DNA of 64,000 nt from Alphaproteobacteria bacterium (GTDB taxonomy: Bacteria > Pseudomonadota > Alphaproteobacteria > SHVW01): the NCBI GenBank assembly GCA_009694085.1, contig SHVW01000001.1, positions 8,164-72,163 on the forward strand, given 5' to 3'. A model generated the notes under the pieces. That model ran no database searches. It was not told the origin of the DNA and saw only the letters and a program-made list of their open reading frames with translations. The translations under genes and the position numbers were made by a program. This document shows, piece by piece, positions 28,398 through 40,734 of the stretch; within the stretch, counting starts at the first letter, position 1; the number at the start of each line of letters is the position of its first letter.

Positions 28398-29516
28398 ATG
28401 CAGGACTCCAAGTCGCCGCTGTCCGATCGCCTGAGCGCGCCCGCCGGTGCCGGTTCGTCCTTCGGCGAATTACGCCTGGACGGCGTAAGCCGGAGTTTCG
28501 GCAGTGCCGTGGCGCTGGCCGGTCTGACCATGACCGTGCGGCGCGGTGAATTCGTCACCCTGCTCGGCCATTCCGGCTGCGGCAAGACCACCGCGCTCAA
28601 CTGTGTCGCCGGACTACTGCCTCTGACCTCGGGCACCGTCTGGCTCGACGACCGGCGTATCGACGTGTTGCGGCCGGAGGAACGCGGCTTCGGCATGGTG
28701 TTCCAGAACTACGCCCTATTTCCCCATATGACGGTGCGGCGCAATACCGGGTTCGGCCTTGCCATGCGCCGGCTGCCGCGCGACGAAATCCGCCGTCGGG
28801 TCGGCGAGGTCCTCGACCTCGTCAAGCTCAGCGCGCACGCCGACAAGCTACCCGGCCAGCTCTCGGGCGGGCAGCAGCAGCGCGTCGCTATCGCGCGCGC
28901 GATCGTCGTGCAGCCGCCGCTGGTGCTGATGGACGAGCCGCTGTCCAATCTCGATGCCAGCCTGCGCCTGGAAATGCGGACCGAGCTGAAGCGCATCCAC
29001 CGCGAACTCGGCCGGTCGACCATCTATGTCACTCATGACCAGGACGAGGCGCTGTCGCTATCGGACCGGATCGTCATGCTGCAGGATGGGAGGGTGCAGC
29101 AGATCGCGACGCCCGAAGACATCTACGCCCGCCCCGCCACCATCGACGTCGCGCGCTTCATGGGTTACCGCAATCTGTTCGAGCTGGACGTGGCGTCTGT
29201 TGACGGCGACTGGGCGAATGTGGCTGGCAAGGGGATCGCGTTGCGTGGCCTGCGTCGAGGCGAAATCGGTCGGCGCGCGGTCGTGGCGATCCGTCCCAAC
29301 GACCTGGTGCTCGATGGCGGCAGCGAGGGCGGCATCGTCGGCCGGGTCGAGATCGTCGAGTATTGCGGTCGCGAGTATATCGTGGACCTGATCACCGACG
29401 CCGGCACGATGCTGCAAGCCCGGAGCGCACAACGGGTCGCACCGGGGGATGTCCTGCGCTGTCACGCCAGCGCAGATCGCGTTCTGATCTATCCCGTGGC
29501 CTCGGGCGCGGCGTGA
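28398..29516 (+). CDS. ABC transporter ATP-binding protein (PotA/MalK-type with C-terminal TOBE-like domain).
   Basis: Walker A 'GHSGCGKTT', signature '[14 protein letters not shown]', Walker B 'LLMDEPLSNLD'. Confidence 0.8.
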   Translation: MQDSKSPLSDRLSAPAGAGSSFGELRLDGVSRSFGSAVALAGLTMTVRRGEFVTLLGHSGCGKTTALNCVAGLLPLTSGTVWLDDRRIDVLRPEERGFGMVFQNYALFPHMTVRRNTGFGLAMRRLPRDEIRRRVGEVLDLVKLSAHADKLPGQLSGGQQQRVAIARAIVVQPPLVLMDEPLSNLDASLRLEMRTELKRIHRELGRSTIYVTHDQDEALSLSDRIVMLQDGRVQQIATPEDIYARPATIDVARFMGYRNLFELDVASVDGDWANVAGKGIALRGLRRGEIGRRAVVAIRPNDLVLDGGSEGGIVGRVEIVEYCGREYIVDLITDAGTMLQARSAQRVAPGDVLRCHASADRVLIYPVASGAA

Positions 29517-29521
29517 CGCTG

Positions 29522-30415
29522 ATGGCCGGGTCTGTCGCGAAATCGACCGTTTGGATCGCTGGCCAGAATGCCGGCGTCGACCGCACGGTTCTCCTCGTCG
29601 TGCCCGGCGTGCTGTTCGTCATTTTGCTGTTTATCTACCCGTTCCTATACGGGCTCGGCCTGTCTTTCACGCCGAAGGAGGGCGGGTTCGCCGCCAACTA
29701 CGCCAAGTTCTTCTCGACTCCCTATCTCAGCCAGACCATTTGGACCACGCTCTCCCTGGCGATTCCAGCGACGGTGATCAATGTCGGGTTCGCCCTGCCG
29801 CTGGCCTTCCATCTGCGCCATGCCTCGCGCCCCCAGCGCATCATCAGCGGCTTGCTCGTCGTTCCGATCACGCTTGGCACCGTGCTCGTGGCCGAGGGCC
29901 TGTTGACCTATCTCGGCCCGCAGGGCTGGTTCAACCGCGCGCTCATCGAATTCGGACTCATCAACACACCGGTCAAGCTGACGCATAATTACTGGGGCGT
30001 TCTGATGTCCCTGGTGGTCACGGGCTTCCCGTTCGATTTTCTGCTGATCCTGTCCTACATCACGGGCATCGACCCGGCGCTGGCGCAGGCTGCGGCAACC
30101 CTGGGCGCCGGCCCGATCCAACGCTTCCGCCAGATCTACCTACCGCTGCTGGCGCCCGGCCTGGCCGTGGTGTTCTGCCTTGCCTTCGTGCTGTCCTTCT
30201 CGGTCTTTCCCTCGGCCATCCTGCTGGGCAATCCGGCCAGTTCGACCCGCGTCATCACGATCGCGGCCTACCAGGCGGCCTATGAGGACTATGATTATTC
30301 CCTGGCGTCAGCGATCGCCATGATCATGTGCGCCGTGCAGCTCGTCATCGTCGCCGTCGTGCTCTCGATCCGCGGCCTGTTCTATCGCGGTCCCGCCGGC
30401 GGGGCGAAGGGATGA
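29522..30415 (+). CDS. ABC transporter permease (PotB-like).
   Basis: 6-TM BPD-transport permease. Start chosen at 'MAGSVAKS', just after the ATPase stop. Confidence 0.7.
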   Translation: MAGSVAKSTVWIAGQNAGVDRTVLLVVPGVLFVILLFIYPFLYGLGLSFTPKEGGFAANYAKFFSTPYLSQTIWTTLSLAIPATVINVGFALPLAFHLRHASRPQRIISGLLVVPITLGTVLVAEGLLTYLGPQGWFNRALIEFGLINTPVKLTHNYWGVLMSLVVTGFPFDFLLILSYITGIDPALAQAAATLGAGPIQRFRQIYLPLLAPGLAVVFCLAFVLSFSVFPSAILLGNPASSTRVITIAAYQAAYEDYDYSLASAIAMIMCAVQLVIVAVVLSIRGLFYRGPAGGAKG

Positions 30416-31290
30416 GCGCCGCTGGACCGGCGGGACTGGGCACGCTGCGCCGGCCCCACCGGTGGATCGAGCACCTGTGGTCGGCGACGATCTGGCTGGC
30501 GATGGGATTCTTCCTGCTGAACGTCGCCGGCGTTATCGCGGTCGTCACGGTGAGTTCGTTTGCCTCGCGTTGGCTCGGCACCTGGCTGCCCGCCGGGTTG
30601 ACGATGCGCTGGTACGCCACGGCCTGGCGGGAATTCTCCCTGAACTATGTATTGATCGCGACGGGCCAGATCACCGTGCTCGTGGTCGCGATATCGATCT
30701 TGATCGGCGTTCCCGCGGCCTATGCGCTGGCGCGGCGCGATTTCGCGCTCAAGCGCGCTGTCATGCTGCTGTTCCTGCTGCCTTTGATGGTGCCGCCGAT
30801 CTCCTACGGTATTCCGCTGGCGACCGTGCTTTACCAGTCCACCCTGGGCGGCACGATGTGGGGGGTAGTGCTGGCCAATCTCGTGCCGACCGTACCGTTC
30901 GTGGTGCTGGTTATGATGCCGTTCATCGAGCAGATCGATCCGCGTTTGGAATCGGCGGCGCGCGTGCTGGGTGCCGGCACCGGGCGCATCTTCATCCATA
31001 TCCTGGCCCCGTTGCTGGCGCCGGGCATCCTTGCTGCGGCCCTGCTGGTGACGGTGCGCACGCTCTCGATGTTCGAGCTGACCTTCCTGACCTCGGGACC
31101 GGACAGCCAGACGCTGGTCGTCGCCCTGTATTATTCGATATTCGCCGGCGGGGTCCGGGCCAGCCAGTCGATCGACGCCATGGCGGTGATGTACATGGTC
31201 AATACGCTGTTCTTCCTGGTCGTGGCCCTGCGCTTCGTCAACCCGACCCAGCTGGTCACGCGCGTGAAAGAGCAGCCACGTGCGGATTAG
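30412..31290 (+). CDS. ABC transporter permease (PotC-like).
   Basis: ATGA overlap with the upstream permease. 6-TM BPD-transport fold. Confidence 0.7.
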   Translation: MSAAGPAGLGTLRRPHRWIEHLWSATIWLAMGFFLLNVAGVIAVVTVSSFASRWLGTWLPAGLTMRWYATAWREFSLNYVLIATGQITVLVVAISILIGVPAAYALARRDFALKRAVMLLFLLPLMVPPISYGIPLATVLYQSTLGGTMWGVVLANLVPTVPFVVLVMMPFIEQIDPRLESAARVLGAGTGRIFIHILAPLLAPGILAAALLVTVRTLSMFELTFLTSGPDSQTLVVALYYSIFAGGVRASQSIDAMAVMYMVNTLFFLVVALRFVNPTQLVTRVKEQPRAD

Positions 31291-31392
31291 CCGCCCGTTA
31301 CGCAAGGGTGCGTTGCAAATCTTGAACTTGCGGACCCGTGGTAGGGGTGATTAGGTAAAGAAATCGTTTCACTTGCAGGACTGGGGACCATA

Positions 31393-32256
31393 GTGGGTCA
31401 AGCTGCGATCCGTACGGATCAAGACCAATCCGGCATCGTCATTCGGCCGGTCAGCACCGTTCTGGGGGCGGAGATCATTGGCGCGGACCTGTCGCGCCTG
31501 CCCACGACTCCGGAGTTCGAGCGCTACCGGGACGCCCTCCATACCTACAAAGTGCTCGCCTTCCGCGATCAGGACATGACCAAGGACGATTTGGTCGCGT
31601 TCAGCCAGCTCTGGGGACCCCTGGGCGAACACATCATGCCCGGCGCCGTGCGCGACGGCAGAACCGACATCAACGTGATGTCCAATGCCGGGCCCGATGG
31701 CAAACCCAACGGCAAGCATACCGACGTCACTGCCAAGCGATGGCACACGGATCGCTCTTATATGCCGGTGCCAGCCATGGCATCGTTCCTCTATGGCGTC
31801 GAGGTGCCGCTCAAAGACGGCGACACGCTGTTCGTCAACGCAGCCATGGCCTATGACGCGCTGTCCGACGAGATGAAGCGGCGTATCGATGGCCTCCAGG
31901 CCATTCACTGGGTCGAGCACTCGCGCCGGGACGGTGGGGTGGCGCTGGCCACGGACTACGAATTGAAGAAGGCGCCGCCGGTCAAACATCCGCTGGCCAA
32001 GACGCACCCCGCAACCGGCCGCAAGGCGATCTATTGCGGCTGCCACGCCTGGAAGATCGAGGGTTGGTCGGAGGAGGACAGCCGGCCGCTCCTCAATGAG
32101 TTGATCGCGCACGCGACCCAGGACCGGTTTATCTACCGGCACAAATGGCTCCGGCGCGATCTGGTGATATGGGACAACCGGTGCACCCTGCATGCGGCAA
32201 CCGATTTCGACACCAAGAACCATCTGCGGGTTCTCTACCGGACGATCGTGCTGTAA
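31393..32256 (+). CDS. TauD/TfdA-family Fe(II)/2OG dioxygenase.
   Basis: 'RWHTDRSY' and 'WDNRCTLHAATD' motifs. Confidence 0.8.
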   Translation: MGQAAIRTDQDQSGIVIRPVSTVLGAEIIGADLSRLPTTPEFERYRDALHTYKVLAFRDQDMTKDDLVAFSQLWGPLGEHIMPGAVRDGRTDINVMSNAGPDGKPNGKHTDVTAKRWHTDRSYMPVPAMASFLYGVEVPLKDGDTLFVNAAMAYDALSDEMKRRIDGLQAIHWVEHSRRDGGVALATDYELKKAPPVKHPLAKTHPATGRKAIYCGCHAWKIEGWSEEDSRPLLNELIAHATQDRFIYRHKWLRRDLVIWDNRCTLHAATDFDTKNHLRVLYRTIVL

Positions 32257-32338
32257 TTCCGAAACAGGCGCAGCCGACCAATGCGGCGCGCTCAGCCATC
32301 CCCATCGCGGATGGCGGCTGACAAGGGAGGATTGACCA

Positions 32339-33964
32339 ATGAACCACGTTAGGATTTTGCCGGTGACACGGCGCGATGTGATGCGGTTGCTCGGCATCGG
32401 CGGCGGTGCCGCCATCGGCGCGAGCCTGCCCGGGTTCGAGGCCCTGGCCCAGTCGCGCAAGGAAACGCTGGTCATCGGCATGGACATCCGCGACACCAAC
32501 AACCTCGATCCCGCGCGCGATCTGCACTACACGCCGCCCATGACGATCCACGCCTGCTACGACACACTGCTGACCATGACGCCGGGCGACTACATCAACC
32601 TGAAGCCGGCGCTTGCCACCAAATGGGCGCGCACGCCCGACGGCAAGGGCTGGCGCTTCACGCTGCGCGACAACGTCAAGTTTGTCACGGGCAACACGAT
32701 GACGGCGCAGGACGTGAAATACTCGCTCGATCGCGTCAATTACATCGGCTACCAGGCTTCGCAATATCTGACCAATGTGACCGAGGTCAAAGTTATCGAC
32801 GACAAGACCATCGACGTCATGCTGAAGAACCCGGCCGAACCGATCCTGACCATCCTGGCCGCGCCCAGCTTTTCGATCACCGACAGCAAGCTGGTGGCAG
32901 CGAATGGCGGCGACGCCACGACGGATTCTAAAACCAAGGACAAGGCGACGGAGTGGCTGAACCAGACCTCGGTCGGCACGGGACCTTACAAGCTGGCGGA
33001 ATGGCAGCGCGGCTCGCAAATCCAGTTGGTCGCCAACCCGAGTTATTGGGGCGGCAAGCCGCCCTATCAACGCGTCGTCGTGCGCCATTTCGAGGACGCG
33101 GCGGCCCAGCTTTTGTCGCTCCGGCGCGGCGACATCGACTGCGCCTTCAACTTGCTGCCCGAGCAGATCGCCACGCTGAAGGGCGAGAAGGACATCGGCG
33201 TCGAGGGGCATGCGAGCCTGGACTTCATCTACATCGCGCTGTCGCACAATCCCGAGTTCAACAAGGCGCTGGCGGTCAAGGAAGCGCGTCAGGCGATCGC
33301 CCATGCGATCGACTATGACGGCATCATCAAGAACCTGATCGGCGGCGCCGGCACCAGGCCGGTCAGCTTCATCCCGACCGGCCTGCTCGGCTCGACCGAG
33401 AAGCTGACCCAGGAGATCGGCTTTCGCGAGGATATCCCGCGCGCCAAGCAGCTCTTGCAGAAGGCCGGTTTCCCTGACGGGTTCGAGTTCGAGATCATTT
33501 ACGGCAACGGCGCCATCGCCGGCACCACGTACCATGTGCTCGGACAGAAGCTGCAATCCGATTTGGCGCGCGTCGGCATCAAGCTGAAGTTGGGGCCGAT
33601 GCCGCAAGTGAACCTGCGCACGCTCTACAACGGCGGCAAGATGAGCGCCACGCTGGTCTATTGGAATCCGCCGGCGGTGGAGAACGCTTTGTGGTCGTGG
33701 GCCACGGTGCAACGCGTCGCCAAGCGCCTGCATTGGACACCACCGGCGGATTTGGTGAAGCTGGTGGACGCCGCCGCGGTCGAGACCGACCAGAAAAAAG
33801 CCGAGCAGCTCTACATCGAATATCAAAAGCAGATGGTCGATGTGGCGAACCTGATTGTCCTGTTCCAGCCGATCTATCAAGTCGGCGTGCGCCGTTCGAT
33901 CAAAGACTTCCCGCTCACCGCCGCCGGGTGGCAGCTTGACGTGGGTGGCGTGAAGCCATCCTAG
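32339..33964 (+). CDS. ABC transporter substrate-binding protein, family 5 (DppA-like), Tat-exported.
   Basis: 'TRRDVMRLLGIGGGAAIGA' twin-arginine signal; 541-aa family-5 SBP. Confidence 0.8.
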   Translation: MNHVRILPVTRRDVMRLLGIGGGAAIGASLPGFEALAQSRKETLVIGMDIRDTNNLDPARDLHYTPPMTIHACYDTLLTMTPGDYINLKPALATKWARTPDGKGWRFTLRDNVKFVTGNTMTAQDVKYSLDRVNYIGYQASQYLTNVTEVKVIDDKTIDVMLKNPAEPILTILAAPSFSITDSKLVAANGGDATTDSKTKDKATEWLNQTSVGTGPYKLAEWQRGSQIQLVANPSYWGGKPPYQRVVVRHFEDAAAQLLSLRRGDIDCAFNLLPEQIATLKGEKDIGVEGHASLDFIYIALSHNPEFNKALAVKEARQAIAHAIDYDGIIKNLIGGAGTRPVSFIPTGLLGSTEKLTQEIGFREDIPRAKQLLQKAGFPDGFEFEIIYGNGAIAGTTYHVLGQKLQSDLARVGIKLKLGPMPQVNLRTLYNGGKMSATLVYWNPPAVENALWSWATVQRVAKRLHWTPPADLVKLVDAAAVETDQKKAEQLYIEYQKQMVDVANLIVLFQPIYQVGVRRSIKDFPLTAAGWQLDVGGVKPS

Positions 33965-34027
33965 GCGCCGGTTCGCGCCGGCCGCTAGCGGATAGGTTTC
34001 GACGGATGATCCCCGATTCAAACAAGA

Positions 34028-34138
34028 GCCTCATGGTGAGCTTGTCGAACCATGAGGCTCTCGCCGCACGACAATTACCCATCATCTGCGACTGACAAGC
34101 GGCGGCGGCCTCATGGTTCGACAAGCTCACCATGAGGC
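34028..34138. repeat. Composite inverted-repeat element between the SBP and permease genes: two 31-nt palindromic units in opposite orientation.
   Basis: Left unit GCCTCATGGTGAGCTTGTCGAACCATGAGGC is itself a hairpin (GCCTCATGG/CCATGAGGC). The right unit GCCTCATGGTTCGACAAGCTCACCATGAGGC is its exact reverse complement. The units are separated by ~50 nt. Confidence 0.6.
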
Positions 34139-34207
34139 AGATGATTCGGCCGGAAACAAATGTCAGTGTCGCTGCACTAGGACAATCGATCTCAACATGC
34201 CTCGCCC

Positions 34208-35221
34208 ATGCTCCGCTATCTGACCAGCCGGATCGTCGCAACCTTCGTCATGGCGCTGCTGGCGACCCTGATCGTGTTCTTGATCGTCAGTTTGGTGCCG
34301 GGCGATCCGGTGCTGTCGCAACTCGGCGACATGGCGGCCTCCAACCCCGAGATTGTCAAAGCCTACCGCGCGAAATGGGGCCTGGATTTGCCGCTCTACG
34401 AGCAGTACTGGATATTCCTCACGCGCCTGCTCAACGGCGATCTCGGCATATCGATCACCTCGCAACGGCCTGTCATGGCCGATATCGCGCAATACGCGCC
34501 GGCGACGATCGAACTCGGCACTATCGCCTTCATCTTGTCCGTTGTCATCGGCGTGCCCTTTGGCATCGCCGCCGCCGTGGCGCGCGATAGCTGGATCGAC
34601 CATAGCGCACGCTTCATTTCCCTGATCGGCGTGTCCTCGCCGGTGTTCTGGCTCGCTTTCATCATGCTTACGGTCTTTTACGGTTGGCTACAGATCGCGC
34701 CCGGTCCGGGCCGCCTCGATCCCATCGATCTGCCGCCGCCAAGGGTCACGGGTGCGTTCTTGATCGACAGCGCGCTCGCTAGCCGCTGGGATTTGTTGCA
34801 TACTGCGGTGGCCCATCTGGTGCTGCCGTCGATCGTGTTGTGCGCCGCGACCCTGGGCCTGATCACGCGCACGACCCGGGCGAGCATGCTCGACACTCTG
34901 GGTCAGGACTATGTGCGCGTGGCACGCGCCAAGGGCTTGAGGGAGCGCGCGGTAATCGTCGCCCATGCCTTGCCCAATGCCTTGATTCCGGTCGTAACCT
35001 TGGGCGGGCTTGCCTATGCCAATCTGCTGACCGGCACGGTCATGACAGAGACTATTTTCTCATGGCCGGGCCTGGGTCTCTACACCTTCCGTTCGGCCCT
35101 GGCGCTCGATATTCCCGCGATCATGGGCATGACGCTGGTCTTCGCCTTCGTCTATCTGCTGATCAATTTGCTGGTCGATCTGTCCTATGCCGTGCTCGAT
35201 CCGCGCGTGCTGAAACGATGA
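34208..35221 (+). CDS. ABC transporter permease (DppB-like).
   Basis: 337 aa with the DppB/OppB fold. Confidence 0.8.
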   Translation: MLRYLTSRIVATFVMALLATLIVFLIVSLVPGDPVLSQLGDMAASNPEIVKAYRAKWGLDLPLYEQYWIFLTRLLNGDLGISITSQRPVMADIAQYAPATIELGTIAFILSVVIGVPFGIAAAVARDSWIDHSARFISLIGVSSPVFWLAFIMLTVFYGWLQIAPGPGRLDPIDLPPPRVTGAFLIDSALASRWDLLHTAVAHLVLPSIVLCAATLGLITRTTRASMLDTLGQDYVRVARAKGLRERAVIVAHALPNALIPVVTLGGLAYANLLTGTVMTETIFSWPGLGLYTFRSALALDIPAIMGMTLVFAFVYLLINLLVDLSYAVLDPRVLKR

Positions 35222-36085
35222 GCGAAGCTTCCGCCCCAATACTGGACGCCACGCCCTTCGAGCCTCGAGCTCGGACGAGCGGCCAGCGCTGGCGCCGCCG
35301 CTACGGCCTGGCCGTGATCGGCGCGGCGATCATCGTGATTTGGATCGTCGTTGCCCTGGCGGCGCCGCTGCTGGCTCACTACCCGCCCCATGCGGTGGAT
35401 GTGACCGTGCGCCTTCTGCCGCCCTCGGCGGCACATTGGCTAGGCACCGACCCGCTCGGTCGCGACGTCTATTCCCGCCTGTTGTTCGGCGCGCGCGTCT
35501 CGCTGTTCGCCGGCATCACGGTAGTGGTTCTCGGCGCCATCTTCGGCACGTTGCTCGGGGGCATCGCGGCTTACGCCGGCGGCAGGATCGAGGAGGGGCT
35601 GATGCGCTTCACCGATCTGATGCTGTGTTTCCCGCCGATCATTCTCGCCATGGCTATCGCGGCGGCCATGGGCATCGGCACGATCAACACGATGATCGCC
35701 ATGTTGATCGTGTGGTGGCCGAAATTCGCGCGGCTGGCGCGCAGCCTGGTTCTGGTTCAGCGCAGCCAGGAATATGTCGAGGCCGCCCATTTGATCGGCT
35801 ACGGCCCCAGCCGCGTGTTGCTGAAGCACATTCTGCCCAACTCCATCGGGCCGCTGATCGTGCTGGTGACGTTGGATGTCGGCCACGCCATCATCGTGTT
35901 CTCCGGCCTATCCTTTCTCGGCCTCGGCGTGGTGCCGCCGACGCCGGAATGGGGCGCCATGGTCTCGGAGAACCGCGAATTGGTCGAGCAATGGTGGGGC
36001 GCCACCTTCCCCGGTCTGGCCATCTTGACCGTGGTGATGGGTTTTAACTTTCTCGGCGACGGAATTCGCGACTGGCTCGATCCCC

Positions 36086-36102
<17 letters not shown>
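35218..36102 (+). CDS. ABC transporter permease (DppC-like).
   Basis: ATGA overlap with the DppB-like gene. Start at 'MSEASAPILD'. Confidence 0.75.
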
Positions 36103-38131
<2,029 letters not shown>

Positions 38132-38161
38132 TTCATGGGTCAAACAGGAGTTGGTACAGTT

Positions 38162-38956
38162 ATGGCTAAGCCAGTTTTCGAGAACCGCGCGAAGAAGCGG
38201 CTCGCCGCGGGAGAGCTAACCCTGTGTATGGGTGTCAACCAGATGCGTAGCCCCGACGTGGCGCTGATCGCAGCCGCGTGCGGCTTCGATGCCATCTTCA
38301 TCGACCTGGAACATGCGCCGACTTCGCTGGAATCGGCGGCGGCCATCTGCGTGTCCGCGCTCAGCGTCGGCATCACGCCGATTGCTCGCGTCGCCTCGAA
38401 ACACGCTCACGACTCCGCCCGCATCCTGGATGCCGGCGGCCAAGGCGTCATGGTCGCCCACATCGACAATGCGGAGGAAGCCCGTGCGATCGTCAACACT
38501 CTGCGCTTTCCGCCCATCGGCCATCGCTCGGCCTATGGCACGGGGCCGGCACTCGGCTATCGGCCGATCCCACAAGGCGAGGTCAATTTTATCCTCAACG
38601 AAAATGAATTGCTGATCGCCATGCTGGAGACGCCGGAGGCAATCGAGAACGCCGAGGCGATCGCGGCGGTCCCCGGTATCGATGTCGTCCATATCGGCTC
38701 GCTCGACGTCACCAACGAGATGGGCATCCCCGCCGACTATCGCAATCCGAGGATGTGGGCCAATTTCGAGCGGGTCGCCAAGGCCTGCCGGGCCAATGGC
38801 AAAGCCATGGGCGTCGGCGGCGCACGCGGCGATTTCGGCCTGCAGAAGGATTTGATCGCACTGGGCGTGCGCTACATGACCACCGGCTCCGATGTCAGCT
38901 ACCTCATGGCGGCGGCACGCAGCGAAGTCGCGTCTTTGCGCAATTTGAAGATATAG
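38162..38956 (+). CDS. HpcH/HpaI-family aldolase (2-keto-3-deoxy-acid aldolase / citrate-lyase beta-like).
   Basis: 'FIDLEHAPTSLE' and 'PIARVASKH...MVAHIDNAEEARAIV' are typical of HpcH/HpaI. Confidence 0.65.
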   Translation: MAKPVFENRAKKRLAAGELTLCMGVNQMRSPDVALIAAACGFDAIFIDLEHAPTSLESAAAICVSALSVGITPIARVASKHAHDSARILDAGGQGVMVAHIDNAEEARAIVNTLRFPPIGHRSAYGTGPALGYRPIPQGEVNFILNENELLIAMLETPEAIENAEAIAAVPGIDVVHIGSLDVTNEMGIPADYRNPRMWANFERVAKACRANGKAMGVGGARGDFGLQKDLIALGVRYMTTGSDVSYLMAAARSEVASLRNLKI

Positions 38957-38967
38957 GGAGCGGCACG

Positions 38968-39831
38968 ATGAACTCTAGTGAGAAACGAGCTAAGTTCCGC
39001 GCCGTCCTGGGCGGATCGCAGGTGGCGATCGCGGCGTCGGTGTTCGATCCGATATCGGCGCGCATCGCCGATCGGGTCGGCTTCGAGATCGGACTCATGG
39101 GCGGGTCGCTTGCCTCGTTTACGGTGCTGGGCGCTCCCGATCTTATCCTGATCACGTTGAGCGAGTTGGCGGAGCAGTGCAAACGGGCCTGCCGGGCCAG
39201 CCGCGTATCGCTGTTAGTGGATGCCGATCACGGTTATGGCAACGTTCTCAATGTCATGCGCACGGTCGAGGAGCTGGAAGTTGCCGGCGTCGCCGCGCTG
39301 ACCATCGAGGATACCTTATTGCCCCGGCGGTTCGGCGCGGGCGGGGCGGCGGAGTTGATTTCGGTCGAGGAAGGTGTGGCCAAGATGAAGGCCGCGCTGG
39401 CGGCGCGGCGCGATCCCGGCCTGGTCATCGTCGGGCGGACCAGCGCGACCGCCATCAGCGGCCTGGATGATGCGATTGCCAGACTGCGGGCCTACGTGGC
39501 GGCGGGCGTCGATGCGCTGATGGTGCCGGGGGTCAAGAACAGGGCCGAACTCGACCGCATCGCCGATGCCGTCTCGGTTCCGTTGGTGATCGGGGGCAGT
39601 TCCGAGGAGCTGTCGGACCTAACCTATCTAGCGAGCCGGCGGGTGCGGGTGTTCAGCTATGGGCATCAGGCCTTCGCCGCCTCGGTCAAGGCGATCCACG
39701 ACACCATGCTCGCGATCCGCAACGGTACGCCCGTGAGCAAGTTGGCGAATATCGCGGACAAGGAACTCATGGATCACGTCACGCGCGCTGCACGCTTCGC
39801 CGCCCACGCCAAGGCATATCTGGGCAAGTGA
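38968..39831 (+). CDS. Isocitrate-lyase / PEP-mutase family enzyme (methylisocitrate-lyase / oxaloacetate-decarboxylase-like).
   Basis: 'LLVDADHGYGNVLNVMRTVEELEVAGVAALTIEDT' matches the ICL/PEPM active-site region. AGGGAG RBS. Confidence 0.65.
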   Translation: MNSSEKRAKFRAVLGGSQVAIAASVFDPISARIADRVGFEIGLMGGSLASFTVLGAPDLILITLSELAEQCKRACRASRVSLLVDADHGYGNVLNVMRTVEELEVAGVAALTIEDTLLPRRFGAGGAAELISVEEGVAKMKAALAARRDPGLVIVGRTSATAISGLDDAIARLRAYVAAGVDALMVPGVKNRAELDRIADAVSVPLVIGGSSEELSDLTYLASRRVRVFSYGHQAFAASVKAIHDTMLAIRNGTPVSKLANIADKELMDHVTRAARFAAHAKAYLGK

Positions 39832-39844
39832 GGGCGGATCTCGT

Positions 39845-40723
39845 TTAGGCGGCCTGCTCGACCGTATTACCGACATCCATGATCGAAGTGCGGCGCATGT
39901 CGCGCGGCGTGTTTTCCGGATAATGGCGACGTGCCCGGTGCATGGTTACGCGATTGTCCCACATGAGCAAATCGCCGACACGCCATTTATGCGTATAGAC
40001 ATGGGCCGGCTGGGTTGCCCGGTCCATGAGGTCGTAGAGCAGGTCCAAGCCCTCGGGTATGGGCCAACCCACGATATGGGCGGCGTGATTGGACAGATAG
40101 AGCGACTTCCGCCTCGTCCGGGGATGGCGGCGGACCAAACGTTGGGACACTGTCGCCAGGATCGTACGCTCGTCGGGCGAGGCCTCGGCAAAACCGACGA
40201 CGGCGCGGGAGTGGATCAGGCTGTGATGAGCCAGCAGGTCTTCGATCGTCAGCTTGAGATTGTCTGGCAGGCTGTCGTAAGCCGCACGCATATCGGCCAA
40301 TTGGGTCTCTCCGCCCTGTTCGGCGACGATTCGGCCGGATAGCAGGGAGTACTTCACCGGCACGCGGTTGAACGAGCCATCGGTATGCCAGCGCCGGCTG
40401 CCGAGATTATTCATGCGCCTGGCGTCGCCGGCTTCGAGTACGCGATTTTCGGCACTGATATTCGAAGCGTCGGTCATCTCGGCATTGAGTCGCTGTTCCC
40501 GGCCGGTGCGCGCGGCGGTCGAAACCTGCAACTCGCCAAATGGCCGGGTGAAGGCAACCTGCTGTTCGTCGGTGATGTGTTGTTCGGGAAAGACCAGAAC
40601 GGGGAAGCGATCGATTGCAGCCTCGATCTCCGAAACGACCTCGGGCGTCGCCGGCTGCCGCATATCGATGCCCTGGATCTCGGCGGCAAAGGAAGGGTGG
40701 CGTTCGTGCAGAGCGATAGGCAT
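39845..40723 (-). CDS. TfdA-like Fe(II)/2OG dioxygenase (alpha-ketoglutarate-dependent 2,4-D dioxygenase family).
   Basis: 'RRWHTDGSFNRVP' and 'WDNRVTMHRARRH' motifs. Starts 12 nt after the NHL gene stop. Confidence 0.75.
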   Translation of the reverse strand: MPIALHERHPSFAAEIQGIDMRQPATPEVVSEIEAAIDRFPVLVFPEQHITDEQQVAFTRPFGELQVSTAARTGREQRLNAEMTDASNISAENRVLEAGDARRMNNLGSRRWHTDGSFNRVPVKYSLLSGRIVAEQGGETQLADMRAAYDSLPDNLKLTIEDLLAHHSLIHSRAVVGFAEASPDERTILATVSQRLVRRHPRTRRKSLYLSNHAAHIVGWPIPEGLDLLYDLMDRATQPAHVYTHKWRVGDLLMWDNRVTMHRARRHYPENTPRDMRRTSIMDVGNTVEQAA

Positions 40724-40734
40724 GGCTAGGTGTC

